From an uncultured Prevotellaceae bacterium (GTDB lineage Bacteria > Bacteroidota > Bacteroidia > Bacteroidales > Bacteroidaceae): DNA of 64,000 nucleotides. The notes under the pieces are model-generated. The model ran no database searches, was not told where the DNA came from, and worked only from the letters and a program-made list of their open reading frames with translations. The stretch is taken from NCBI GenBank assembly GCA_900320565.1, contig ONSR01000004.1, forward strand, positions 9,647-73,646. Reading direction: 5' to 3'. The position numbers were made by a program, and so were the translations under genes. This document shows positions 35,221-43,735 of this stretch, piece after piece (positions within the stretch are counted from its first letter, which is position 1; each line of letters begins with the position of its first letter).

Positions 35221-35913
35221 ATGAAAGCAAGAATCATCACCGCCGTAGCATTGCTCAGCATCGCTCTCGGCATACAAGCACAGAAACATGAATTCGCTAA
35301 CTGGAAACGTTACGCTGATGCCAACAAGGAACTTGGCGCTCCTGCCAAAGGCGAGAAACGCGTCGTACTGATGGGCAACTCCATTACCGACGGCTGGCCT
35401 CGCACGCGTCCTGAGTTCTTCAAGGACAACAATCTCATCGGCCGCGGCATCGGCGGACAGACCAGCTACCAGTTCCTCCTCCGCTTCCGCGAGGACGTCA
35501 TCAACCTGCAGCCCAAGGTCGTTGTCATCAACTACGGCACAAACGACATCGCTGAGAACACCGGAGCATACGACGAGGACTTGACCTACGGCAACGTTCT
35601 CTCGATGGTTGAACTCGCCAAGTATCACAAGTGCAAGGTCATCCTGACCAGCTGTCTCCCTGCCGGCGGCTTTAGTTGGCGTCCTTCCGTAACCGACAGC
35701 ATGGACAAGATACGCAAGCTTAATGCTCGTGTGCAGGCTTATGCAAAGGCAAACAAGATTCCATACGTCGATTACTTCAGCGCAATGGTGAATGACGAAG
35801 GCACAGCCATGAAGGCAGAACTGGCCAACGACAATCCTGGAGTACATCCCAATGCCAAGGGCTACGAGGTTATGGAGAACCTGCTGCTGCCCGTCATTAA
35901 GAAACTTCGCTAA
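35221..35913 (+). CDS. SGNH/GDSL-type hydrolase with signal peptide
   Basis: Block I MGNSITDGW, block III YGTNDI, block V D..GVHPN. Confidence 0.8.
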   Translation: MKARIITAVALLSIALGIQAQKHEFANWKRYADANKELGAPAKGEKRVVLMGNSITDGWPRTRPEFFKDNNLIGRGIGGQTSYQFLLRFREDVINLQPKVVVINYGTNDIAENTGAYDEDLTYGNVLSMVELAKYHKCKVILTSCLPAGGFSWRPSVTDSMDKIRKLNARVQAYAKANKIPYVDYFSAMVNDEGTAMKAELANDNPGVHPNAKGYEVMENLLLPVIKKLR

Positions 35914-35921
35914 CACATCTC

Positions 35922-36998
35922 ATGGCAGACAACAAGTATTGTCTCATCCTGGCTGGAGGCAACGGAAGTCGCCTCTGGCCTATCAGCCGAACAGTAAAGC
36001 CCAAGCAGTTCCTCGACCTCTTTGGCACGGGGCGCACCTTGCTGCAGCAGACCTACGATCGCGTCGCTAAGTTCATCGACCCGTCGCATATCTACGTCAG
36101 CACGAACGTGGCTTATCTGCCGCTGGTCTATGAACAGTTGCCCGAGGTGGACGACATGCACATCCTGGAAGAGCCGCTGCGCCGAGGCACATTGGCAGCT
36201 GTGGCATGGGGCTCGGTGTTCATCGCAACACAAGATCCGCAGGCAACACTGTTCGTCACACCTTCCGACCAGCTCATCCTGAAAGAGGAAGAGTACCGGC
36301 AGGACGTGCTCGACGGACTGGAGTTCGCCAGTGAAAACGACGGACTTCTCGTGATGGGCATCACGCCTTCGCGACCTGAAACGGGCTACGGCTACATCCA
36401 GATGAACGACGATGAGCCGCTCAGTCACGACATTTTCCCCGTGAAATCATTCACCGAGAAGCCCAACGACGAGTTCGCCAACATCTTCATGCAGGAAGGC
36501 AACTTCCTTTGGAACACCGGTTTGCTGTGCTTCAGCAGTCGCGTCATGCTGGACAATCTGTTTATGCTCGTGCCTGAGTATCGCATCGAGATACCCCGCA
36601 TGATGGCAGAAGCCGAGAGTGCCGACCCGAAACTGGTGCCCGAGAGCTTCAACGTGCTACCCAACTACAACATGGACGTCAGCATCCTGGAGCGCAGCGA
36701 GCACGTCTATGTGCAGCGCGGACACTTCGGCTGGGCCGACATCGGCACGTGGGCAAGCATCGGCAAGGACGCTCCGAGCGACGACGAAGGCAACGTCCTG
36801 ATGGGCACCAACGCATATCTATACGAGTGTTCGGGCAACATCATACGCTTGCCAGAAGGTCACACAGCCGTCATAAAAGGGCTGAAGGACTACGTCATTG
36901 CAGAAGAGGGAGAGTTCCTCATGATTTGTCCGCGCCAGGACGACGCAGCAATGCGCCGCATGCACACCGACACAAAGTTCGGCGACACTAAGAGCTAA
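35922..36998 (+). CDS. mannose-1-phosphate guanylyltransferase-like nucleotidyltransferase
   Basis: LAGGNGSRLWPISR signature of the ManC/NTP_transferase family. Confidence 0.8.
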   Translation: MADNKYCLILAGGNGSRLWPISRTVKPKQFLDLFGTGRTLLQQTYDRVAKFIDPSHIYVSTNVAYLPLVYEQLPEVDDMHILEEPLRRGTLAAVAWGSVFIATQDPQATLFVTPSDQLILKEEEYRQDVLDGLEFASENDGLLVMGITPSRPETGYGYIQMNDDEPLSHDIFPVKSFTEKPNDEFANIFMQEGNFLWNTGLLCFSSRVMLDNLFMLVPEYRIEIPRMMAEAESADPKLVPESFNVLPNYNMDVSILERSEHVYVQRGHFGWADIGTWASIGKDAPSDDEGNVLMGTNAYLYECSGNIIRLPEGHTAVIKGLKDYVIAEEGEFLMICPRQDDAAMRRMHTDTKFGDTKS

Positions 36999-37003
36999 TG
37001 CTC

Positions 37004-37090
37004 AATTCATAATTCATAATTCATAGTTAGGGACGCCTGCAAACAGGGCGAAAGAAATAATTATGAATTGATAACTATGAATTATGAATT
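37004..37090. repeat. hairpin-type (aattcat)n / (atgaatt)n element between convergent genes
   Basis: Left arm 37004-37029, GC-rich spacer, right arm 37058-37090. Confidence 0.9.
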
Positions 37091-37104
37091 AAGTACTGCT
37101 TCTT

Positions 37105-37869
37105 TCACTTGTTCAGCGTCCACAAAGACATTCCGAACAGGTTTATCATCACGGATAACGTCTTCCGTCCAATTTTCCGAACAGGTTTATCATCACGGAT
37201 AACGTCTTCCGTCCAATTGGGTTCATTGAAGAACTCATTGGGTTGGAAGACGTGCAGTTTATAGAACTTCGTCAGGTTTAGGCGAAGTTCTGTTGTTATT
37301 GCGGGCTTGAGGGAGAAGGGTTTATCCTGCTTCCAAGCGATAGCTTGCACGCAAAGGCGCTCCAAATCGTTGACCTGCGAGCGGTCGAAAGCCTCAACGA
37401 AGAGCTTGCTGTTGGGTTCTATGATGCCCGAGAAACGCAGTCGCCAGCTCGCACCCTCCGCGCTCATCAGCGAGACTTGCATGTAGTAGTTGCTGTCGTT
37501 CACAAGGTACGACTCGAAGCCCGTGCTGGAGATCTCCTTCACCTCATCAGGTAAGAAAGACAGATAGAGGTTGAGCCGCTCCCCTTCCCTGCGTTCGAGG
37601 GGCTTGGGCTTGAACGTTATCGGCTTCTCTTCAGACTCTTCCGGTTCCTTTGCTTTGGCGGCTTGACTGGGGAGAGGCTTCTCCCTTTCAATCGTGTTCA
37701 CCTTTCCGATATCGTATTCTTCGTTGCCAACAACTACTACATCTTGCTTGAGCATCGGTATCTCGAACCCGTCCTCATCCTCCACGAGGACAATGTTCTT
37801 CCCTTGGAAGCCACTTACCGTGCCTCCTCCCACCTCGGAGAGGAAGCGCACTTTATCGCCTATCTTCAT
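37105..37869 (-). CDS. DUF2027 domain protein; 3' end altered by a 44-bp tandem duplication
   Basis: MKIGDKVRFLSEVGGGTVSGFQGKNIVLVEDEDGFEIPM is a typical DUF2027 start. The last roughly 24 codons are read out of the ancestral frame. Confidence 0.7.
   Translation of the reverse strand: MKIGDKVRFLSEVGGGTVSGFQGKNIVLVEDEDGFEIPMLKQDVVVVGNEEYDIGKVNTIEREKPLPSQAAKAKEPEESEEKPITFKPKPLERREGERLNLYLSFLPDEVKEISSTGFESYLVNDSNYYMQVSLMSAEGASWRLRFSGIIEPNSKLFVEAFDRSQVNDLERLCVQAIAWKQDKPFSLKPAITTELRLNLTKFYKLHVFQPNEFFNEPNWTEDVIRDDKPVRKIGRKTLSVMINLFGMSLWTLNK
37131..37218. repeat. perfect 44-bp direct tandem duplication
   Basis: ttccgaacaggtttatcatcacggataacgtcttccgtccaatt occurs twice back to back (37131-37174 and 37175-37218). 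Confidence 0.95.
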
Positions 37870-37883
37870 AAGGAACTACCGAA

Positions 37884-38756
37884 TCAAAGCTCGGCGTCGC
37901 TACACTGGAAGGTTGTGCCTCGACGGATATCACCTGTCTGCAGGCCAAGCTTCAGCCACTTCATGCGCTGCTTTGAGGTGCCATGAGTAAAGGTCTCTGG
38001 TTGAGAATAGCCGCGGGCCTTCTCCTGCAAATAGTTGTCGCCAATGACTTGAGCACAACGGATTGCTTCCTCAAGATCGCCGTCCTCCAGGCTGCCGAAC
38101 ATCTTGTTGTCGTGATAAGCCCAGACGCCTGCATAGAAATCGGCAAGGAGTTCGAGGCGGACACTCAGTTTGTTGGCCTCTGTCTGGTTGAGTTTCGACA
38201 TCTGCTGATGCACTTTGCCAAGCGTTCCGAGCAGGTATTCAACGTGGTGTCCCACTTCGTGAGCGATGACATATGCATAGGCGAAATCGCCGTCAGCACC
38301 CAGCTGCTGCTTCATCGACGTGAAGAACGAGAGGTCGATGTAGAGGCATTGGTCGGCTGAACAATAGAACGGACCCATGCTTGCCGAACCGTTGCCGCAG
38401 CCAGTCTGTACTGCACCTGTATAGAGCACCATCTTTGGCGGCTCGTATGTGCGGCCAAGTTTCTTGAACTCCTCAGTCCAAACGTCCTCCGTACCGGCAA
38501 GAATCTGCTTCGAGAAGGTGGCGAGTTGCTGTTCTTCCTCTGTGAACTCGCGTCCACCTTCTGCCTGTTCCGTCACGTTTCCCATCATGCTTGGTGCCAA
38601 ACTAATGATGTCGGCAAGGTTCAGACTACCCTTCGACATGAATGTCATAACGAGGGCAATGATGATGCCTACTATGCCGACGCCACCTGCTTTAGCAGCC
38701 GTCATGCCACGACGGTCGTCGACGTTTGTACTTTCTCTTCTTCCTGTCAGTTTCAT
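37884..38756 (-). CDS. neutral zinc metallopeptidase (YpfJ-like)
   Basis: HEVGHH zinc motif, an N-terminal TM segment and the RRGTTFQCSD tail typical of the family. Confidence 0.8.
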   Translation of the reverse strand: MKLTGRRESTNVDDRRGMTAAKAGGVGIVGIIIALVMTFMSKGSLNLADIISLAPSMMGNVTEQAEGGREFTEEEQQLATFSKQILAGTEDVWTEEFKKLGRTYEPPKMVLYTGAVQTGCGNGSASMGPFYCSADQCLYIDLSFFTSMKQQLGADGDFAYAYVIAHEVGHHVEYLLGTLGKVHQQMSKLNQTEANKLSVRLELLADFYAGVWAYHDNKMFGSLEDGDLEEAIRCAQVIGDNYLQEKARGYSQPETFTHGTSKQRMKWLKLGLQTGDIRRGTTFQCSDAEL

Positions 38757-38800
38757 AGGTTTGTGAGTTTTTAGTTTTGTTTGTTAGTTAATTCTGCCTG

Positions 38801-38808
38801 CAAATATA
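38801..38808 (-). promoter_or_regulatory. -7 box TAtaTTTG (zinc metallopeptidase operon)
   Basis: The reverse complement of caaatata lies 45 nt upstream of the start at 38756. Confidence 0.55.
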
Positions 38809-38882
38809 GCAAAAAAAGACAAACAGTAGGTCATTTTGCATCTTAATTCTTCGAACTTCTTTCTTAATTCTTATTTTCTTTG

Positions 38883-38890
38883 TAATTTTG
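38883..38890 (+). promoter_or_regulatory. -7 box TAatTTTG (queA)
   Basis: Only 10 nt before the ATG at 38901. Confidence 0.55.
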
Positions 38891-38900
38891 CAGCCGTTTT

Positions 38901-40241
38901 ATGGACACGAAACACATTCAAATACGCGACTACGACTACGCTTTGCCTGAAGACCGCATAGCGAAGTTCCCCTTGCCCGAGCGAGACAGCAGCAAATTGC
39001 TTGTCTATGAAGGTGGGAAGATTAGCGAGACTCAGTTCCGTTCCCTGCCTTCGTTGTTGCCCGAGGGCAGTTTGATGGTCTTCAACAATACGCGCGTCAT
39101 TCAGGCGAGACTGCATTTCAGGAAGAAGCCTCCCCAGCCCCCTTTAGGGGGAGACCTTCGTGCAGAGGAAATCGCAAATAGCAAATCGTCAAATAGTCAA
39201 TGCCTTGGGGCCCTCATCGAAATATTCCTTCTGGAGCCGGCCAACCCTGTGGAGTATCAGGAGAACTTCGCCAGAAAGGGAAGTTGCTCGTGGTATTGCC
39301 TCGTGGGCAACTCGAAGAAGTGGAAGGAAGGAGCCTTGACAAGGGAATTCAAAATTCAAAATTCAAAATTCAAACTCACGGCGGAGCGCATTGGAACACA
39401 TGGCACGAGCCAGGAAATCAGGTTCAATTGGGACGCTAACCTGACTTTCGCCGAAGTTATCGATACCGTCGGAGAACTTCCCATCCCGCCATATCTCAAC
39501 AGGAAGACTGAGGAGAGCGACAAGACAACCTACCAAACGGTCTATTCCAAGATAAAGGGTTCGGTAGCGGCTCCTACTGCAGGACTGCATTTCACGAAGC
39601 GCGTTCTGGCTGACATCGATGCGAAAGGCATCGAGCGAGAAGAAGTGACGCTTCATGTGGGCGCCGGAACATTCCGACCCGTCAAGAGTGAAGACATCGG
39701 CGGGCACGATATGCACACCGAACACATTGCCGTCCATCGCCACACCATCGAGCGAATCTTGGCTCATAATGGCGAGGCAATTGCCGTAGGAACCACCAGC
39801 GTCCGCACCCTCGAAAGCCTGTATTATATGGGAGTGCTGGCATGGCAAATGAAGAATGAAGAATTAAGAATGAAGAATGACGGGCGGGACGAAATCGTAA
39901 ATTGTAAATTGTCAAATTGTCAATCACTTCACGTTCCCCAGTGGATGCCATATGAGTACGACAACTCGCTCTCGACAATAGAGGCTCTCACTGCCCTACT
40001 CCGGTACATGGACGAGCGAGGCGAGGAGGTGATCCACTCCAGCACACAAATCATTATTGCCCCTGGCTACAAGTATCACATCGTACGTCGCATGATAACC
40101 AACTTCCACCAGCCGCAGAGCACACTGCTGCTGCTCGTCAGCGCCTTTATTGGTGATGCTTGGCACGACGTCTATGACTACGCCCTCAGCCACGACTTCC
40201 GCTTCCTCAGCTATGGTGACAGCTCGATGCTCGTGCCCTAG
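38901..40241 (+). CDS. queA: S-adenosylmethionine:tRNA ribosyltransferase-isomerase
   Basis: DYDYALPEDRIA, ELPIPPYL, VAAPTAGLHFT, VGTTSVRTLES, NFHQPQSTLLLLVSAF. At 446 aa it is lengthened by repeat insertions. Confidence 0.9.
   Translation: MDTKHIQIRDYDYALPEDRIAKFPLPERDSSKLLVYEGGKISETQFRSLPSLLPEGSLMVFNNTRVIQARLHFRKKPPQPPLGGDLRAEEIANSKSSNSQCLGALIEIFLLEPANPVEYQENFARKGSCSWYCLVGNSKKWKEGALTREFKIQNSKFKLTAERIGTHGTSQEIRFNWDANLTFAEVIDTVGELPIPPYLNRKTEESDKTTYQTVYSKIKGSVAAPTAGLHFTKRVLADIDAKGIEREEVTLHVGAGTFRPVKSEDIGGHDMHTEHIAVHRHTIERILAHNGEAIAVGTTSVRTLESLYYMGVLAWQMKNEELRMKNDGRDEIVNCKLSNCQSLHVPQWMPYEYDNSLSTIEALTALLRYMDERGEEVIHSSTQIIIAPGYKYHIVRRMITNFHQPQSTLLLLVSAFIGDAWHDVYDYALSHDFRFLSYGDSSMLVP
39135..39204. 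repeat. queA insertion 1: palindromic module + (aaatcgc/aaatagc)n arm
   Basis: cagccccctttagggggagacc ... aaatcgc aaatagc aaatcgt caaatag tcaatg. Confidence 0.85.
39346..39374. repeat. queA insertion 2: (aattcaa)x4
   Basis: aattcaa aattcaa aattcaa aattcaa a, encoding FKIQNSKFK. Confidence 0.85.
39849..39925. repeat. queA insertion 3: (gaatgaa)n arm + cgggcgggacg spacer + (aaattgt)n arm
   Basis: atgaagaatgaagaattaagaatgaagaatga cgggcgggacg aaatcgtaaattgtaaattgtcaaattgtcaatc. Confidence 0.9.
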
Positions 40242-40253
40242 TAGAAAAACATA

Positions 40254-40335
40254 GCATGCCTAGTTGCTCAACTAGGCACGTCTAGTTTGCCATTTAGACA
40301 CGTCTAGTTTGCTAATTAGACGTGCCTAATTTTTT
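40254..40335. repeat. 22-bp phased array, GCACG family (about 3.5 units)
   Basis: gcatgcctagttgctcaactag / gcacgtctagtttgccatttag / acacgtctagtttgctaattag / acgtgcctaatttttt. Confidence 0.9.
40274..40335 (+). terminator. probable queA terminator built from a 22-bp array
   Basis: Outer stem aggcacgtcta / tagacgtgcct followed by aatttttt. Confidence 0.55.
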
Positions 40336-40451
40336 AACGAAACACGCTCCGTCTATCCACTTATCATACCAAAATACACAACCAGCCTGCAAAATAGTGC
40401 AATTTCTGTGTTTTTCTTGGCAAAAATTGTACTATTATAATGAATAATGTG

Positions 40452-40459
40452 TATCTTTG
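40452..40459 (+). promoter_or_regulatory. -7 box TAtcTTTG (GH115 pair)
   Basis: 30 nt before the ATG at 40490. The track ATG at 40457 lies inside the box. Confidence 0.55.
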
Positions 40460-40489
40460 CAGCAAAGAACACATCAAACCATTCTGAGC

Positions 40490-43400
40490 ATGAAGACAAG
40501 ATTCATCCTCCTGATTGCCCTTTTCCTGCAACTCACTTCGCTGACGATGAAAGCCGACGAGCTGGAGGTTGTGACCACCCCAGTCGATGGCTGTTTTTCC
40601 ATTGCAGGAGCCACAACTGCCGACAAGGCCATCGTCCTCTACGATGCCAACGATGCTGAAGTGGTGACCACAGTAGCCGACTGCCTCCTCTCAGACCTGA
40701 AAGCGGTAACAGGAAAGACGTTCCAGAAGTACAAGACGGAGCCCACAACGCTCAAGAACCCCATCATCGTGGGCACTATCGGGCAGTCGAGTCACATCGA
40801 TCAGCTCATTGCACAAGGCAAGATAGACGTGAGCGACGTCGAAGGCAAATGGGAAGCCTTTGGCATGCAAGTTATTGACAATCCCATGGAAGGCGTGGCA
40901 AAAGCACTCGTCATCTTCGGCTCGCAACCTCGCGCAACAGCTTATGGAATGTTCGAACTCAGCCGTATGGCGGGTGTCTCGCCGTGGATATGGTGGGCAG
41001 ACGTCACACCTGCCAAGAAGACGAAGCTCTACGTGACGCCTGGCAGACGTGTCTTCGGTTCACCTTCAGTCAAGTTTCGTGGCATTTTTGTGAACGACGA
41101 GGACTGGGGCTTACGACCCTGGGGAGCAAGAAACCTCGACACGGAACTGGGCAACTTCGGTCCTAAGACCTACGCCGTCATCATGGAACTTCTGCTCCGC
41201 CTCAGGGCGAATACCCTTTGGCCGGCAATGCACCCGGGCTCAAGAGCGTTCTGGTATGAGAAGACGAACATCCCCCTCATCATGAAGTACGACATCTACA
41301 TGGGCTCCAGCCACTGCGAACAGATGCTCTGCAACAATGAATACGAGTGGGAACGCTTTGGAGGTCATCGCGACGAGGACTGGGTTTGGCATTCGAACAA
41401 AGAGATGATTATGCGCTACTGGGCTGCTCGCATCAGCGAAAGTAAAGACAGAAACGGCATCTATACGCTGGGCATGCGAGCCGTACACGACGCTGGAATG
41501 AACGGTTACAACACCCTCGAGGAGAAGGTCGCCGCGCTGACCGACATCATTGCACACCAGCGACAACTCATCGCAGACAGCATCGGCGACCCAACAACCG
41601 TGCCACAAATCTTCATCCCCTACAAGGAAGTACTCACTGCATACAATGCCGGTCTGCAAATACCCGAGGACGTCACGCTGATGTGGGTCGACGACAATCA
41701 CGGCTACATACGTCAGATGCCAACACCAGAAGAGCAGGCCCGTTCGGGCGGCAACGCCATATACTACCACCTCTCATATTGGGGCACGCCTGCCGGTTAT
41801 CTCTGGCTCAGCACCATCTCGCCCTCGCTTTGCAGCTACGAATTGAGCAAAGCCTATAGCCAAGGCATGCGAAACCAATGGATCATCAATGTGGGCGACA
41901 TCAAACCTGCCGAAGAAGAACTGGAGTTCTGCATGGACCTGGCCTGGGATATCAACAGCTGGCCCCCAGAGAAAGCACACAAATACACTCGGGCATGGGC
42001 AGCGAGAACCTTTGGAGAAGAGTATGCCGACGAAATCAGTGAGATAAAGATGGCTTACTACCGTCTTGGCATCGCCGCCAAGCCGGAGCACGTTCACCTC
42101 TGCTACTTCGACCACTCCAACGCACAAATAGATGCTCGCATCGCCGAGTATCAAGACATATATAATAAGGTAGTGGCGCTGCGCTCTCGTATCCCTTCCT
42201 CTCTCAGTAATGCCTACTACGAACTCATCGAATATCCCGTCCGTGGTTGTGCCGACCAGAACATCAAAATTCTCAGAGGACGACAGAGTTTCGTCTATGC
42301 CTGGGCAGGACAAGGCGAGAAGGCACTCTCATATTCGGCTGCCGCACAAGCGGCCTTCGACGAGATTGTCACGATGACCGACAAGTTCAACACTGGCATA
42401 GCCGGAGGCAAATGGAACTACATGATGAGCTACAAGCCGAACAACATGAGCCAGCACCTGATGCCGTCTGTCGCCTCGGCAGCCGACGTGTCCGAAACCG
42501 AAAGCACCATCGTCCAACCGGACATCACAATTCTCCCTGGAGGCAGCTACAGTAGTGCAAGCAGCAGCGTGGTCAGCCTGACGGGATTAGGTCTTGCCGG
42601 AAGCACAGCAACCGTCTGGCCCTTAGATCTGACTGCCTATACTTCTTGTTCACAGGCACCTTACGCAGAATACTCAATACCCGTGCAAAAAGGACTCAAC
42701 GTCATACAGGTGCGCTGCCTCCCGACCTTCCCACTCAACACGACATACGACCTGAGAGTCGGCATCTCGGTTGATGGCAAAACGCCCTCTGTCCTCTCTG
42801 TAAAGACAACAGCAATGACCACCCCTTGGGACGAAACCGTCGTGCAAGGATACATGCGTGCTGCCGTACATTACACCAGCATGAAGGACCAGACGGTGCC
42901 CGTTCGCGTCTATTTCATGGACCCAGGCTCCACCGTGTGTGCCATGGCAAGCATTCCATTCGGAAGCGATGCAGAAGACTTAACAACAACTCTTCTAACG
43001 AATGCAGACTTCGAATACAACTCCTCGGGAGCACTCAACCCACAAGGCAATATAGGGCGAGGCGTGCCTAAAGGCTGGACAGCGACTGGCAAGATGAAAG
43101 GCAACTCGTGGGGCGTCAACCAGGATGCCAAACAGATATACGGCATCAACACCTATTGGGCAACAAGCACACCTATGCCCGAAGTCTATGAGTTCTCACA
43201 AACCATTCCAGCCAGCAAGATAGAACCCGGCACATACCTGGTCAGTTGTCTGCTGGGTGTACTCAAGGACAAACTAGGCACCTGCCGTCTCTTCGCCAAT
43301 GACAAGGTTCAATACTACGGCAAGGAGAGCGATTATGTGTCAAGCGTCTTCACCTCTGGCGAAACGCAAACTTTTGCCAGCTATGTCGGTTCGGGCGATG

Positions 43401-43714
43401 GCAGGATGATTCTCAAGCCCATGGAAGTCATTGTGACCGTTACCGAAGGAGAAGACCTGAGTCTCGGCATCCGCACCAGCAACCATAGAGCCGACGGCTC
43501 ACGCGTCACCAGCAACAACCATGGATGCTTCAAGGTGGACCACTTCCGCATCCAACGCATCGATGCAGAAGACCCAACAAGCATAAAGAACCCTCTGTCG
43601 AAAGCAAGAGAGGGAGCCGTTTACGACTTGCGAGGTCGTATTATAACAAATGGCAGATTACCCAGCGGCATCTATATCAAAGATGGACGAAAAAAGCTTA
43701 TCATAAGAAAATAA
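40490..43714 (+). CDS. GH115 family glycoside hydrolase (alpha-glucuronidase-like) with T9SS C-terminal sorting domain
   Basis: Signal peptide, FRGIFVNDEDWGL, LRLRANTLWPAM. The tail VYDLRGRIITNGRLPSGIYIKDGRKKLIIRK is CTD-like. Confidence 0.8.
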   Translation: MKTRFILLIALFLQLTSLTMKADELEVVTTPVDGCFSIAGATTADKAIVLYDANDAEVVTTVADCLLSDLKAVTGKTFQKYKTEPTTLKNPIIVGTIGQSSHIDQLIAQGKIDVSDVEGKWEAFGMQVIDNPMEGVAKALVIFGSQPRATAYGMFELSRMAGVSPWIWWADVTPAKKTKLYVTPGRRVFGSPSVKFRGIFVNDEDWGLRPWGARNLDTELGNFGPKTYAVIMELLLRLRANTLWPAMHPGSRAFWYEKTNIPLIMKYDIYMGSSHCEQMLCNNEYEWERFGGHRDEDWVWHSNKEMIMRYWAARISESKDRNGIYTLGMRAVHDAGMNGYNTLEEKVAALTDIIAHQRQLIADSIGDPTTVPQIFIPYKEVLTAYNAGLQIPEDVTLMWVDDNHGYIRQMPTPEEQARSGGNAIYYHLSYWGTPAGYLWLSTISPSLCSYELSKAYSQGMRNQWIINVGDIKPAEEELEFCMDLAWDINSWPPEKAHKYTRAWAARTFGEEYADEISEIKMAYYRLGIAAKPEHVHLCYFDHSNAQIDARIAEYQDIYNKVVALRSRIPSSLSNAYYELIEYPVRGCADQNIKILRGRQSFVYAWAGQGEKALSYSAAAQAAFDEIVTMTDKFNTGIAGGKWNYMMSYKPNNMSQHLMPSVASAADVSETESTIVQPDITILPGGSYSSASSSVVSLTGLGLAGSTATVWPLDLTAYTSCSQAPYAEYSIPVQKGLNVIQVRCLPTFPLNTTYDLRVGISVDGKTPSVLSVKTTAMTTPWDETVVQGYMRAAVHYTSMKDQTVPVRVYFMDPGSTVCAMASIPFGSDAEDLTTTLLTNADFEYNSSGALNPQGNIGRGVPKGWTATGKMKGNSWGVNQDAKQIYGINTYWATSTPMPEVYEFSQTIPASKIEPGTYLVSCLLGVLKDKLGTCRLFANDKVQYYGKESDYVSSVFTSGETQTFASYVGSGDGRMILKPMEVIVTVTEGEDLSLGIRTSNHRADGSRVTSNNHGCFKVDHFRIQRIDAEDPTSIKNPLSKAREGAVYDLRGRIITNGRLPSGIYIKDGRKKLIIRK

Positions 43715-43735
43715 CACACATAAACAATAAGAATC

